Source: Alphaproteobacteria bacterium
Lineage (GTDB): Bacteria; Pseudomonadota; Alphaproteobacteria; Bin95
NCBI GenBank assembly: GCA_029978325.1
Contig: JAPOJR010000003.1
Coordinates: 1 to 57,653 of the forward strand
Length of the DNA stretch: 57,653 bases
Direction: 5' to 3'
The notes below the pieces were generated by a model that had not been told where the DNA came from, searched no databases, and worked only from the letters and a program-made list of their open reading frames with translations. Position 1 is the first letter of the stretch; the number at the start of each line of letters is the position of its first letter. Shown piece by piece: positions 1 to 10,123 of the stretch. A program made the position numbers and the translations under genes.

Positions 1-1
1 C

Positions 2-346
2 GGGAGGGCGCCGGCGGATACCCTGTCTATAGGTTTGGTCCGAAAGGTCCTGGCTCACGAGGCCCAGTGCCAGCAATTCGGCGGTCTTTCCGCCGAGAAC
101 CGGCGGCTGCTCCAGTCCCTGGCCGTCGGCAAAGCGGTGCCAAAGCAATCTCCCGGCAGCCTGGTCGCCGGGGCGCACCTGGTGCGGGAGTGGAATGGCC
201 GGACCTATCGGGTTGAGGTCGTCGATGGCGGCTACCGGCACGACGGGCGCGTCTATCGCTCCCTCACCGCCATCGCCAGGCAGATTACCGGCGCCAACTG
301 GTCAGGCCCGCGCTTCTTTGGCCTGACGACGCGGGGCAAGGCCTGA
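2..346 (+). CDS. DUF2924 domain protein (5' partial, open to window edge)
   Basis: Motif LVREWNGRTYRVEV...YRSLTAIARQITGANWSGPRFFGL is typical of DUF2924; frame is open upstream of the TTG at 35; lies directly before a serine recombinase. Confidence 0.85.
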   Translation, partial: GRAPADTLSIGLVRKVLAHEAQCQQFGGLSAENRRLLQSLAVGKAVPKQSPGSLVAGAHLVREWNGRTYRVEVVDGGYRHDGRVYRSLTAIARQITGANWSGPRFFGLTTRGKA

Positions 347-349
347 CCC

Positions 350-2011
350 ATGCGCAAGATCCGCTGTGCCATCTACACGCGCAAGTCCTCGGAAGAAGGG
401 CTGGAGCAGGACTTCAACTCACTCCACGCCCAGCGCGAGGCCTGTGCCGCCTATGTCGCCAGCCAGAAGGCCGAGGGTTGGGTGTTGCTGCCGGACGCCT
501 ATGACGACGGCGGCCTCTCCGGTGGCACGTTAGAAAGGCCGGCTCTGCACCGTCTCCTTGAAGCCATCGACCAGGGCCTGATCGATCAAATCGTGGTCTA
601 CAAGATCGACCGGCTGACCCGGTCGCTCGCCGACTTCGCCAAAATCGTCGACCGGCTGGATGGCGCCGGCGCGTCGTTTGTCTCCGTCACTCAATCCTTC
701 AACACTGCAACCAGTATGGGGCGCCTGACCCTGAACATGCTGCTGTCGTTCGCGCAGTTCGAGCGTGAGGTTACGGCGGAACGCATTCGTGACAAGATTA
801 GCGCTTCCAAACGCCGGGGCCTCTGGATGGGCGGCAACGTGCCCATCGGCTATGAGGCGGACGGACGAAGTCTGAGGATCGATCCCACCGAGGCCGAAAC
901 GGTGCGAAGCCTGTTCCGACTGTATCAGAAACACGGCTCAGTCCGGGCGGTCAAGCGCGAGGCCGACCGGTTGGAACTGCGGTCGAAAAGCCGGCTCGCG
1001 GCATCGGGCGAACCGCGCGGCGGCGGCCCCTTTGACCGTGGTCACATCTACTACATCCTGACCAATCCGGTCTATGCCGGCCGCATTCGCCATCGCAAGA
1101 CCGTATACCCCGGCCAACATCCTCCGATCGTCGATCCGGACCTTTGGGACAGTGTCCAGATGCAATTGCAGGCGGAAGCGGCCAAACCCAGAACTGCGGA
1201 ACCCACCTCAGATAAACAGAAAAGCTTCTCGCCCTTGATCGGCAAGCTGTTCGACGAGACTGGCGACCGGCTGACGCCATCGCACACCAAAACGAAAGCA
1301 GGCAAGCGGCTACGGTACTACGTTTCCCATCGCCTGATCCGCAGAAGTGGCGAGAGCCAGGTTACCGGCTGGCGCCTCCCAGCGCCGGGCCTAGAGAACG
1401 GGATCGCGCATTTGCTGCAGCGTCACGTGCAGATGTCGTCTTTCCTCTCCCGCGTGCTGCCCGATGCCGACGCCGATGACCTGCACCGGCTTTCGGGCCG
1501 CATGGATGATCTGCCGGGTCAAGCCAAGGGGAATAATGCAGCGCTCCTGTTCCAACTGGTAGAGCACATCCACATCGCTCCGGGCGACATCCGGATCACG
1601 CTCGACGCCGCTGTACTGGCGCAGCATCTCGGAGTGCCGGTGACGCGGATCGCGAGCGAGGCCCTAACCATTGCCGCGCCGTTCCAGCAGCGCAAGCGCG
1701 GCGTCGAAACGCGGCTGATCCTCTCCGACGGTCAACACGCCCGGGATGATGTGCTATTGCGCAACATGGCGAAGGCGCAGCAATGGCTCGAAGCGATCAA
1801 GAACGGCAAGAGTTATGACGAAGTTGCGGCGGAAACAGGTACGACGCGCCGTCGGGTGCAGCAGATTATCGGCCTCGCCTTGCTGGCACCGGACATCACC
1901 CGCGATGCGATCCAGGGACATCAGCCCGTCGGGTTCACCACCCGCTGGTTTCTGCGCCACCCGATGCCCAGCGACTGGGACGCGCAACGCCGGCTGATCC
2001 GCGCGCTCTGA
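350..2011 (+). CDS. Large serine recombinase (resolvase + recombinase domains)
   Basis: N-terminal CAIYTRKS (catalytic Ser), VVYKIDRLTRS, LLSFAQFERE, then NPVYAGRI recombinase motif; 553 aa. Confidence 0.95.
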   Translation: MRKIRCAIYTRKSSEEGLEQDFNSLHAQREACAAYVASQKAEGWVLLPDAYDDGGLSGGTLERPALHRLLEAIDQGLIDQIVVYKIDRLTRSLADFAKIVDRLDGAGASFVSVTQSFNTATSMGRLTLNMLLSFAQFEREVTAERIRDKISASKRRGLWMGGNVPIGYEADGRSLRIDPTEAETVRSLFRLYQKHGSVRAVKREADRLELRSKSRLAASGEPRGGGPFDRGHIYYILTNPVYAGRIRHRKTVYPGQHPPIVDPDLWDSVQMQLQAEAAKPRTAEPTSDKQKSFSPLIGKLFDETGDRLTPSHTKTKAGKRLRYYVSHRLIRRSGESQVTGWRLPAPGLENGIAHLLQRHVQMSSFLSRVLPDADADDLHRLSGRMDDLPGQAKGNNAALLFQLVEHIHIAPGDIRITLDAAVLAQHLGVPVTRIASEALTIAAPFQQRKRGVETRLILSDGQHARDDVLLRNMAKAQQWLEAIKNGKSYDEVAAETGTTRRRVQQIIGLALLAPDITRDAIQGHQPVGFTTRWFLRHPMPSDWDAQRRLIRAL

Positions 2012-2207
2012 GCATCGAACCCTCATCGCCAAGCCATCGCAAAAGGCGAGGCGCGTATCCCCAAAACCGCGATCCGAGACGCTGGGCACACAATGCGCCG
2101 CAATGCAGTTCACACCCAGTCTCGAAGCACGTCACGCGCACCTAAATGCCTGGAATGACGCCATTATCCTCGGGAGGTCTCGAAGCTAGCCGTATCAGGG
2201 TAGTGTA

Positions 2208-2281
2208 TGGCTGGGGAACCTGGATTCGAACCAGGGCTACCGGAGTCAGAGTCCGGGGTTCTACCGCTAAACTATTCCCCA
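2208..2281 (-). tRNA. tRNA-Gln (anticodon CTG)
   Basis: Reverse complement TGGGGAATAGTTTAGCGGTAGAACCCCGGACTCTGACTCCGGTAGCCCTGGTTCGAATCCAGGTTCCCCAGCCA: 74 nt, cloverleaf, GTTCGAATC T-loop, encoded CCA. Confidence 0.97.
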
Positions 2282-2463
2282 AGACAGCCATAAGGGCCGC
2301 CCGATGCGACGAGAGGCGCTCGTCTAGCACGATGGGATGGCGTTGCCTAGTCCTTATCGTAGCGGCAAACGGTTGTCGCTGGTATCGCACTGCAATATCT
2401 CGTAAGATCATCTGAAATATACGGAGCGCAGCTCGGCCTCAATGGCCGCAATGGGAGGCTGCC

Positions 2464-3504
2464 TTGGGTTACGCGTACCACCGCCAACGGCTCATTGCTG
2501 GGAGCAAGGGCCGGGCGACGGTTACCGAGGGGAAGCCGGTCTATGCCGCGCTTGACCTTGGCACGAACAATTGCCGCCTGTTGGTGGCCCAGCCTGCAAC
2601 CGATGGGTTCCGGGTTATCGACTCGTTCTCGCGCATCACCCGATTGGGAGAAGGCTTACAAGCGTCTGGGCGTTTGTCAGAAAACGCTATCGAGCGAACG
2701 ATCGCAGCGCTGCGCATCTGCGCTGGAAAAGTGCGCCGCCATACCCATCTGCGGGGACGCTTCGTTGCGACCGAAGCCTGCAGGGGCGCCGTCAATTGCT
2801 CGGCATTCGTGGACCGCGCGGCGGAAATCACCGGCATCGAGTTGGAAATTATCTCGGCTCGCGAAGAAGCTTGCCTTGCCGCGCGCGGGTGCGGCCCCCT
2901 GCTGGTCGCCGACCGTCCTTATGCCTTGGTGTTCGATATCGGCGGCGGTTCGACCGAAGTCACCTGGCTGAAAGTTGGCACCACCGGCGGCGAAGGACAG
3001 GTCATCGACAGCCTGTCCATGCCATGGGGCGTTGTTCGCATGGCGGAGGGATTCTGCGGCGAAGAGGTCGATCACGAAACCTATGAACTGATGGTCGCCA
3101 CCGTTCGCGACCTGCTGGGGCATTTCGAAAAGCGCTTTGGCATTCGGCGGCATTTGGCCGAAGGCCGGGTGCAGATGATCGGCACATCGGGGACGGTGAC
3201 CACGATCGCTGGCATCCATCTGGGCCTGGAACGGTATCAGCGAGACAAGGTCGATGGGCGATGGATGCAATTCGCTGAGATTCAGTCCGTAGTTGCCCGG
3301 CTCAGCCGTATGAATATGCGACAACGCAGCGATCACGGCTGCATCGGCCCGGATCGCGCTGACCTGGTATTGCCTGGATGCGCAATTATGGACGCCATCT
3401 TGCGTGAATGGCCGGTCGGTCAGCTGCGTGTCGCTGACAGAGGCCTGCGCGAGGGTATATTGTTCAACTTAATTGCAGCCGACCAATCGAGGATCAGTGC
3501 ATAA
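2464..3504 (+). CDS. ppx: Ppx/GppA family phosphatase
   Basis: ALDLGTNNCRLL, ATEACR, FDIGGGSTE, DRGLREG motifs; GGGAGG before the TTG start. Confidence 0.9.
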   Translation: MGYAYHRQRLIAGSKGRATVTEGKPVYAALDLGTNNCRLLVAQPATDGFRVIDSFSRITRLGEGLQASGRLSENAIERTIAALRICAGKVRRHTHLRGRFVATEACRGAVNCSAFVDRAAEITGIELEIISAREEACLAARGCGPLLVADRPYALVFDIGGGSTEVTWLKVGTTGGEGQVIDSLSMPWGVVRMAEGFCGEEVDHETYELMVATVRDLLGHFEKRFGIRRHLAEGRVQMIGTSGTVTTIAGIHLGLERYQRDKVDGRWMQFAEIQSVVARLSRMNMRQRSDHGCIGPDRADLVLPGCAIMDAILREWPVGQLRVADRGLREGILFNLIAADQSRISA

Positions 3505-3506
3505 CC

Positions 3507-4220
3507 ATGAGAAGCACACGCGGGACCAGCGGGCGGGGCAGCCGCGACCTGACCGAACGGGTGCGCACTGCCCGGCGGCGGAGCAATTCGTCGACCCGAT
3601 GGCTGGAACGGCAACTGAACGATCCCTACGTGGCGGCTGCCAAGCGGGACGGCTATCTTAGCCGCGCGGCCTACAAGCTGATTCAGTTGGACGAGCGGTT
3701 CAAGCTGCTGAAGCGCAACATGCGCGTACTGGATCTGGGCGCTGCGCCCGGAGGATGGTGCCAGGTCGCAGTAGAGCGCCTGCAGGCAGCGAACAGCACC
3801 ATCGTGGGCGTGGATATTCTGCCGTTCGGTCCGATTCCCGGGGCCGATTGCCATGTCTTGGACGTCGAGACCCCGGATAGCGAAGTCCAAATGAAACAGT
3901 GGCTGGGTGGGCCTGCGGACCTGGTGCTGAGCGACATGGCGCCCTCAACAACGGGGCACCAGACCACCGACCAAATCCGCATTCTGGCCTTGGCGGAAGT
4001 GGCCTACGAGGTCGCCCAGGCGACTCTTGCCCCCGGCGGCGGATTCGTTGTCAAATTGTTCCAGGGCGGCGCCGTGGGCGAATTTCTGGCGGTGCTGAAG
4101 AAAGATTTTGCCACGGTGCGCCATGCGAAACCCGAGGCCAGTCGGAAAGATTCCTCGGAACTCTACCTGGTTGCCCAGGGCTACCGCGGCACTGTGCGCG
4201 ACGAGGATGAGACCTGTTAG
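3507..4220 (+). CDS. rlmE: 23S rRNA Um2552 2'-O-methyltransferase RlmE/FtsJ
   Basis: YLSRAAYKL, VLDLGAAPGGW, VLSDMAP, VVKLFQG, SRKDSSE motifs. Confidence 0.96.
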   Translation: MRSTRGTSGRGSRDLTERVRTARRRSNSSTRWLERQLNDPYVAAAKRDGYLSRAAYKLIQLDERFKLLKRNMRVLDLGAAPGGWCQVAVERLQAANSTIVGVDILPFGPIPGADCHVLDVETPDSEVQMKQWLGGPADLVLSDMAPSTTGHQTTDQIRILALAEVAYEVAQATLAPGGGFVVKLFQGGAVGEFLAVLKKDFATVRHAKPEASRKDSSELYLVAQGYRGTVRDEDETC

Positions 4221-4331
4221 CTTGGAACTCGGCGTTGGCAGGTATATAGAAACGCGTCAACCCACACTTGCCTGGCTAAGGCGCGGCGAAGATGTCGTGT
4301 CGGTCGGGCTATCGTCTGAATGAGGGCTGAC

Positions 4332-5828
4332 ATGCCAGATACCTTGCCGCCGCGCGACACCAGTGCGATCCCGCTGGCACTGACGTTCGATGACGTGTTG
4401 CTTCGCCCTGCCGCCTCGTCTGTGCTACCGGCGCAGGCATCGACCAGAACCCGCCTGACGCGGGAAGTCGAACTGGGCATTCCCCTTGTCGCATCCGCCA
4501 TGGATACGGTGACCGAAGCGCCAATGGCGATTGCCATGGCCCAGGCCGGTGGTATCGGCGTAATCCACAAGAACCTATCGATTGAGCGTCAGGCCGACGA
4601 AGTCCGGCGGGTGAAAAAGTTCGAAAGCGGCATGGTGGTCAATCCCGTGACCATCAGCCCGAACCAAACGCTGGCGGATGCACTGCATCTCATGTCGCAT
4701 CACCGTATTTCCGGGATTCCGGTGGTGCAGGAAGGAACACGCCGGCTGGTGGGGATTCTGACCAACCGCGACGTACGGTTCGCCACCAATGCGGAAGAGC
4801 CGATTCTCTCATTAATGACACGGGACGTTGTTACCGTGCGCGAAGGCGTGACGCAGGAACAGGCTAAACGCCTGTTGCACCAGCACCGCATTGAAAAATT
4901 GGTGGTCGTCGACGGCAATCACCGGTGTATCGGCCTGATTACTGTAAAGGATATCGAGAAAGCCGCCCTCAATCCGAATGCAACCAAGGATTCGCACGGC
5001 CGGCTGCGCGCCGCCGCCGCCACCGGCGTCGGGCCGGAAGGTATCGCGCGCGCGGCAGCGCTGTTCGATGCCGAAGTCGATGTGCTGGTGGTCGATACCG
5101 CGCACGGCCATTCCGAAGGGGTGATGCAGGCGGTTCGGGCGATCCGCAAAATGTCGAACTACACCCAGGTGATTGCCGGCAACGTCGCGACCGCAGAGGC
5201 GGCCCGGGCGTTGATCGACGCCGGTGCAGACGCCGTAAAAATCGGTATTGGGCCGGGCTCGATCTGCACCACCCGCATCGTGGCGGGCGTCGGCGTGCCC
5301 CAGCTTTCCGCCGTCATGGAGTGCGCAGAAGCCTGCGAGGCGGCGGGCGTGCCGGCCATTGCGGACGGCGGCATCCGCGCATCGGGCGACCTGGCCAAGG
5401 CCATTGCAGCCGGCGCAGATTGCACCATGGTCGGCTCGCTGTTCGCCGGCACGGACGAGAGCCCGGGCGAGGTATTCCTCTACCAGGGCCGTTCGTACAA
5501 GAGCTATCGCGGCATGGGCTCGGTCGGGGCGATGGCTCGCGGCTCGGCCGACCGGTATTTCCAACAGGAAGTCAACGATACGCTGAAACTGGTGCCGGAG
5601 GGGGTCGAGGGCCAGGTCGCCTACAAAGGCGCCGTCAGCGTCGTCATTCACCAGTTGGTCGGCGGCCTGAAGGCGGCGATGGGCTACACTGGCAATGGCA
5701 CGATCGATGCGATGAAGCGCAACTGCCAGTTCCAGCGCATCACCAATGCCGGACTGCGCGAAAGCCACGTCCATGATATTACCGTTACCCGCGAGCCGCC
5801 GAACTACCAGATCGGCCCGCGGGCCTAA
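4332..5828 (+). CDS. guaB: IMP dehydrogenase
   Basis: [19 protein letters not shown] pair, [11 protein letters not shown] catalytic motif, YRGMGS. Confidence 0.98.
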   Translation: MPDTLPPRDTSAIPLALTFDDVLLRPAASSVLPAQASTRTRLTREVELGIPLVASAMDTVTEAPMAIAMAQAGGIGVIHKNLSIERQADEVRRVKKFESGMVVNPVTISPNQTLADALHLMSHHRISGIPVVQEGTRRLVGILTNRDVRFATNAEEPILSLMTRDVVTVREGVTQEQAKRLLHQHRIEKLVVVDGNHRCIGLITVKDIEKAALNPNATKDSHGRLRAAAATGVGPEGIARAAALFDAEVDVLVVDTAHGHSEGVMQAVRAIRKMSNYTQVIAGNVATAEAARALIDAGADAVKIGIGPGSICTTRIVAGVGVPQLSAVMECAEACEAAGVPAIADGGIRASGDLAKAIAAGADCTMVGSLFAGTDESPGEVFLYQGRSYKSYRGMGSVGAMARGSADRYFQQEVNDTLKLVPEGVEGQVAYKGAVSVVIHQLVGGLKAAMGYTGNGTIDAMKRNCQFQRITNAGLRESHVHDITVTREPPNYQIGPRA

Positions 5829-5915
5829 CGATACCTCTGGGCTATGTCCCCGACAGAAACCCCGGAAGGGCCCTCGGCCCTCCGGGGTGCTTGTTTTCAA
5901 AGGTTAACTATCCTC

Positions 5916-7466
5916 ATGACCGACCGCATCCTGATCCTCGATTTCGGCAGCCAGGTTACCCAGTTGATCGCCCGGCGGGTGCGCGAGGCCGGCGTCTATT
6001 GCGAGATCTGGCCGTATTTCCGTGGCGAGCCCGATGCCATCCGCGCGTTTGAGCCCGCTGGCCTGATCCTCTCCGGCGGTCCGGCCTCGGTTACCGAAGC
6101 GGAATCGCCTCGGCCGCCGCAAGGCGTGTTCGACCTCGGAATGCCGGTGCTTGGCATTTGCTATGGCCAGCAGGCAATGATGCAGGCGCTCGGCGGTGCA
6201 GTAGAGCCTGGCGACGAACGCGAGTTCGGCCGTGCCGAAGTCGATGTGCAGGCGGCGTCGCCCCTGTTCGAGCATGTCTGGCATGCCGGAGAGCGGCACA
6301 CGGTCTGGATGAGCCATGGCGACCGCGTCAATGCTTTGGCGCCTGGTTTCCACGTCATCGCGACCAGCAAGGGCGCACCATTCGCCGCGATTGCCGATGA
6401 AGCGCGGCGCTTTTACGGCGTGCAGTTCCATCCGGAGGTGGTGCACACGCCGGATGGCGCGCAATTGCTCGCGAACTTTGTCCACCGCATCTGCGGCTGC
6501 GGCGGCGATTGGACCATGGCGGCATTTCGTGCGGCCGAGATCGCCAAGATCCGCGAGAAAGTGGGTGATGCCAAGGTAATTTGCGGCCTTTCCGGCGGTG
6601 TCGACAGCGCCGTCGCCGCCGTGTTGGTGCATGAGGCCATCGGTGACCAACTCACCTGCATTTTCGTCGACACCGGCCTGCTGCGCGCCGGCGAGGCGGA
6701 GCAGGTGGTTACTCTGTTCCGCGAGCACTACAACATCCCGCTGGTGCACGTCGACGCTGCCGAGACCTTCCTCACCCGGCTGGAGGGCGTTGACGATCCC
6801 GAGCGCAAGCGCAAGATCATCGGCGCAACATTCATCGACGTCTTTGACGAAGAATCCGCCAAGATCGGCGGCGCAGAATTTTTGGTGCAGGGTACGCTCT
6901 ATCCGGATGTGATCGAGAGCGTTTCGGCGATTGGCGGTCCATCCGTCACGATCAAGAGCCACCACAATGTCGGCGGCCTGCCGGACTATATGAAGCTGAA
7001 ACTGCTGGAGCCGCTGCGCGAACTTTTCAAGGACGAGGTGCGGGCGCTGGGCCGCGAGCTGGGCCTGGATGAGGCCTTTGTCGGTCGTCATCCCTTCCCC
7101 GGCCCCGGCCTCGCCATCCGCATGCCGGGCATGATCTCTGGCGACAAGCTGGCGATCCTGCGGGCAGCAGACCGCATCTACCTGGAGGAAATCCGCGCCC
7201 ACGGCCTCTACGACCAGATCTGGCAGGCTTTTGCGGTGCTGCTGCCGGTGCGCACCGTCGGCGTCATGGGCGATCAGCGCACCTATGACTATGCTTGCGC
7301 GTTAAGAGCCGTCACCTCGACCGACGGCATGACGGCGGATTATTTCCCCTTCCCGCACGACTTCCTGGGGCGGGTCGCCACCCGCATCATCAACGAGGTC
7401 AAGGGCATCAACCGCGTGACCTACGACATCACGTCCAAGCCGCCGGGAACGATCGAGTGGGAATGA
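5916..7466 (+). CDS. guaA: GMP synthase (glutamine-hydrolysing)
   Basis: [47 protein letters not shown]; ATG at 5916 preferred. Confidence 0.98.
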   Translation: MTDRILILDFGSQVTQLIARRVREAGVYCEIWPYFRGEPDAIRAFEPAGLILSGGPASVTEAESPRPPQGVFDLGMPVLGICYGQQAMMQALGGAVEPGDEREFGRAEVDVQAASPLFEHVWHAGERHTVWMSHGDRVNALAPGFHVIATSKGAPFAAIADEARRFYGVQFHPEVVHTPDGAQLLANFVHRICGCGGDWTMAAFRAAEIAKIREKVGDAKVICGLSGGVDSAVAAVLVHEAIGDQLTCIFVDTGLLRAGEAEQVVTLFREHYNIPLVHVDAAETFLTRLEGVDDPERKRKIIGATFIDVFDEESAKIGGAEFLVQGTLYPDVIESVSAIGGPSVTIKSHHNVGGLPDYMKLKLLEPLRELFKDEVRALGRELGLDEAFVGRHPFPGPGLAIRMPGMISGDKLAILRAADRIYLEEIRAHGLYDQIWQAFAVLLPVRTVGVMGDQRTYDYACALRAVTSTDGMTADYFPFPHDFLGRVATRIINEVKGINRVTYDITSKPPGTIEWE

Positions 7467-7502
7467 CCTGGTAAACGGGGAAGACCTGGCGACCGGGAAG
7501 GT

Positions 7503-7560
7503 GCTCGCCATTCATAGAGTTAGAGCAGATCCCGATCCTATCGGATCGGGATCTGCTCTA
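7503..7560. repeat. Short palindromic intergenic repeat (copy 1)
   Basis: TAGAGCAGATCCCGATCC-TATC-GGATCGGGATCTGCTCTA (7521-7560) plus upstream GCTCGCCATTCATAGAGT; near-identical to 34611-34671. Confidence 0.9.
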
Positions 7561-7565
7561 AGGCG

Positions 7566-7904
7566 TCAGCCCACCACTTCCAATTTTTTCTCGAAATAGC
7601 TGAGGACTTCCGGCAGCGAGGTGGAGCGTTTCAGGCGTTCGCCCTGGCTGACCACCATCCATTCGGTCTGTTCGTTCACACTGCGTCCGGCAACTTTGGC
7701 GATCCGATACAGCGGCATCTCAAACGACGAGCGAAAAATCGAAAAAATCGCCATTCCAACCATGTGATCAATGGCATAGTCACGCCATTCGCCGGAGGCG
7801 ACCCGGCGGCTGTAAACGTTCATCAACTCCCGCAGTTCGCTCTTGTGGAACGAGACATGCTTTCTGGAGCGCCGGAAATTCTCCAGCTGAACAACCTTGC
7901 TCAT
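7566..7904 (-). CDS. DUF2794 family protein
   Basis: F-x-x-x-EL...YSRRVASGEWRDYAID...AIFSIFR...PLYRIAK. Confidence 0.85.
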   Translation of the reverse strand: MSKVVQLENFRRSRKHVSFHKSELRELMNVYSRRVASGEWRDYAIDHMVGMAIFSIFRSSFEMPLYRIAKVAGRSVNEQTEWMVVSQGERLKRSTSLPEVLSYFEKKLEVVG

Positions 7905-8159
7905 AGGCAGGGCACTCCCATAGCTGCGGATACCGTTACGGGCACCCGATTAGAAAACCTGCGGCCTGCTAGCCGAAACCTGTTCTGACTGTCATCATTC
8001 CGTCAAATTACCGCGGCGTCCAGGGTAAAGGGACAGCGGCGCACTATGGTCAGGTGACGCGAGATGTGCTACCGCCCGATATCAAACTATCTCGCGCTGG
8101 ATGGGTACGCTTGAGTTCTCCAGCACAGGCAAACGATGCACCGGCAGGAGCCGATAGCC

Positions 8160-8798
8160 TTGGGTGACATTTTTAGAGAGATTGACGAGGACCTGCGCCG
8201 CGACCGGTACGAGGACCTCTGGAAAAAATACGGACAGTATTTTCTGACCGGCGCCGGCGTCATCGTCGCAGCAACCGCCGGATGGGTCGCCTGGCAGGAA
8301 TATCAGCAGCGCCACGATGTTAAAGCGACGGCAGAGCTGCACACTGCGCTATCGGCCGTCCGCGCCGGCAAGTCTGACGATGCTATCGGCATGCTCGCCG
8401 AACTCAGCAAGGATGGCAGCGGCGGTCAGGCGGCATTGGCGAATTTTGTCGAGGCGGCGTTGCGGGCCGAAAAGGGGGACCGCGAAAACGCACGGATCCT
8501 GTATCACAACATCCGCAACAATAGCGGGCTAAGCGCGCCTTATCATGCCCTGGCGGCAATCCGGCTGGTGGAACTGGATCTTGCCGACGGAAATCCGGCG
8601 GATCTTTTGGGTTTGTTGGCGCCGTTGACGGCCGATTCGAATCCGTGGCGGCTAACGGCGTGGGAGCTGTCGGCCTATCTGGAAAAGCGGGCCGGCAATG
8701 CCGAGGCTGCAAAAGGATTGCTGCAGCGAATTTCTGCAGATAGCGCGGCCAGCGCATCAGCGCGGGCGCGAGCGGAGGCCTTCCTTGCGCAACTTTAG
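8160..8798 (+). CDS. YfgM-like tetratricopeptide-repeat membrane protein
   Basis: DIFREIDEDLRRDR N-terminus, one TM helix, helical repeats; TTG start after CAGGAG; conserved position before bamB-der. Confidence 0.85.
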   Translation: MGDIFREIDEDLRRDRYEDLWKKYGQYFLTGAGVIVAATAGWVAWQEYQQRHDVKATAELHTALSAVRAGKSDDAIGMLAELSKDGSGGQAALANFVEAALRAEKGDRENARILYHNIRNNSGLSAPYHALAAIRLVELDLADGNPADLLGLLAPLTADSNPWRLTAWELSAYLEKRAGNAEAAKGLLQRISADSAASASARARAEAFLAQL

Positions 8799-10113
8799 CC
8801 GATACCTGGTTGCCGTCGCGGCGTTGCTTGCGCTCGGCGCTTGCTCGCTGGCTGACGATTATTTCGGCGAATCTGAAGATCCGCCATTGGAAGGCAAGCG
8901 GGAAGCAATCCTTGAAACCGGACGCGGTGCGACGGCCGATGCCGATGTCGCATTGGTCCCGGTCACGGTGCCGCAACCCCAAACCAGCGATTGGCCGAGC
9001 GCGGGACAGAACCCGGCGCACTCTGGCGGCAACCTGGCCTGGTCCGCAAGCGCCGGTCTCGCGTGGCAGGCGAATGGCGGGACAGGCTCTCGGGATGCCG
9101 CCCAGCGGCTTCTGGCGACGCCAATTGTCAGTGCTGGGCGCGTTTTCGTGCTGGATGCAACGCTGAACGTTCATGCGCTCGACGCACAAACCGGCGGTAC
9201 CCTCTGGGCGGTATCGACTGCTCCGGAAAAAGAGAACGATGGCTTTGGCGGCGGTTTGGCGGCTGACGGCGAGTTCGTCTTTGTCGCAGCCGGACATGGT
9301 CAGGCGCTGGCGCTGAAGGCTGCGGACGGCAGCTTGGTCTGGCGTGTTAACCTACCGGGGCCGGCGCGTGCGGCGCCGACGGTGGCCAACGGACTGATGT
9401 TCGTCACGACGGCGGACAATGCAACGGTAGCCCTGAACACCAGCGATGGCTCCCGCGCCTGGCTGCTGCGCGGCATCTCCGGAGCCGCGAGCGTTTTGGG
9501 CGGCCCAGCGCCGGCGGTCTCGAATGACGCGGTGGTTTCAGCACTTTCGAACGGCGATGTGGTCGTGATGCATGTTGCAAACGGCCGCGAGTTGTGGCGC
9601 AGCTCGCTGGGCTCTGTTCGGCGGTTTGACTTCGGCACTAAGCTTTCGGATATTGTCGGCCTGCCAGCAATATCCGATAACGTTTTGTACGCAACAAGCG
9701 CCGCAGGACGAATTGCCGCGCTGTCACTGCGTGCCGGTAGCCGTGTCTGGGAACGGCGGTTAGGCGGCATGTCCTCTCCGTGGATTGCCGGCGACTTTAT
9801 CTACATGGTGACGGATCAGGCCGAGTTGGTCTGTCTGTTCCGGCCGGACGGCCGCATTCGATGGGTTCAGGCCTTGGATCGCTTTTCAGACCCCGAACGG
9901 CACAAGGAAGCATTGTACTATGCTGGACCTGTCATGGCTGGCGGGCGACTGGTGGTGACGCGTTCGGATGGTGTCTTGAAGATATTCAACCCGGCCAGCG
10001 GCGCGGAAGAAGCAGTGCTGAATATTGGAAGGCCTACATCGTTACCGCCCGTCGTCGCCGGGGGAACTCTTTATACATTATCCGAGGACGGCACGCTGAG
10101 CGCCTTCCGGTAA
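8785..10113 (+). CDS. PQQ-repeat beta-propeller lipoprotein (BamB-like)
   Basis: Lipobox LGAC after TTG 8785 (GGAGG upstream); repeated A-L-x-x-x-x-G-x-x-x-W blades; synteny with der. Confidence 0.88.
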   Translation: MRNFSRYLVAVAALLALGACSLADDYFGESEDPPLEGKREAILETGRGATADADVALVPVTVPQPQTSDWPSAGQNPAHSGGNLAWSASAGLAWQANGGTGSRDAAQRLLATPIVSAGRVFVLDATLNVHALDAQTGGTLWAVSTAPEKENDGFGGGLAADGEFVFVAAGHGQALALKAADGSLVWRVNLPGPARAAPTVANGLMFVTTADNATVALNTSDGSRAWLLRGISGAASVLGGPAPAVSNDAVVSALSNGDVVVMHVANGRELWRSSLGSVRRFDFGTKLSDIVGLPAISDNVLYATSAAGRIAALSLRAGSRVWERRLGGMSSPWIAGDFIYMVTDQAELVCLFRPDGRIRWVQALDRFSDPERHKEALYYAGPVMAGGRLVVTRSDGVLKIFNPASGAEEAVLNIGRPTSLPPVVAGGTLYTLSEDGTLSAFR

Positions 10114-10123
10114 GTGAGTGGCT

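Larger units (their letters stand above)
1..2207. mobile_element. Right end of a putative integrative element (DUF2924-LSR type) abutting the tRNA-Gln 3' end
   Basis: DUF2924+LSR pair ends about 200 bp from the CCA end of the tRNA; the other boundary is outside the window. Confidence 0.65.

Noticed and set aside
2142-2415. ORFs 2146..2415 (+) and 2142..2411 (-)
   Set aside because: They overlap the tRNA-Gln gene and have no protein-like motifs
5859-5887. GC hairpin between guaB and guaA as a purine riboswitch
   Set aside because: A single stem-loop without the three-way-junction purine aptamer sequence; more likely a stabiliser or processing site
4812-7202. Long antisense ORFs (362 and 432 aa) over guaB and guaA, and many similar ones elsewhere
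   Set aside because: Shadow frames expected in high-GC coding DNA; the opposite strand carries clear conserved proteins
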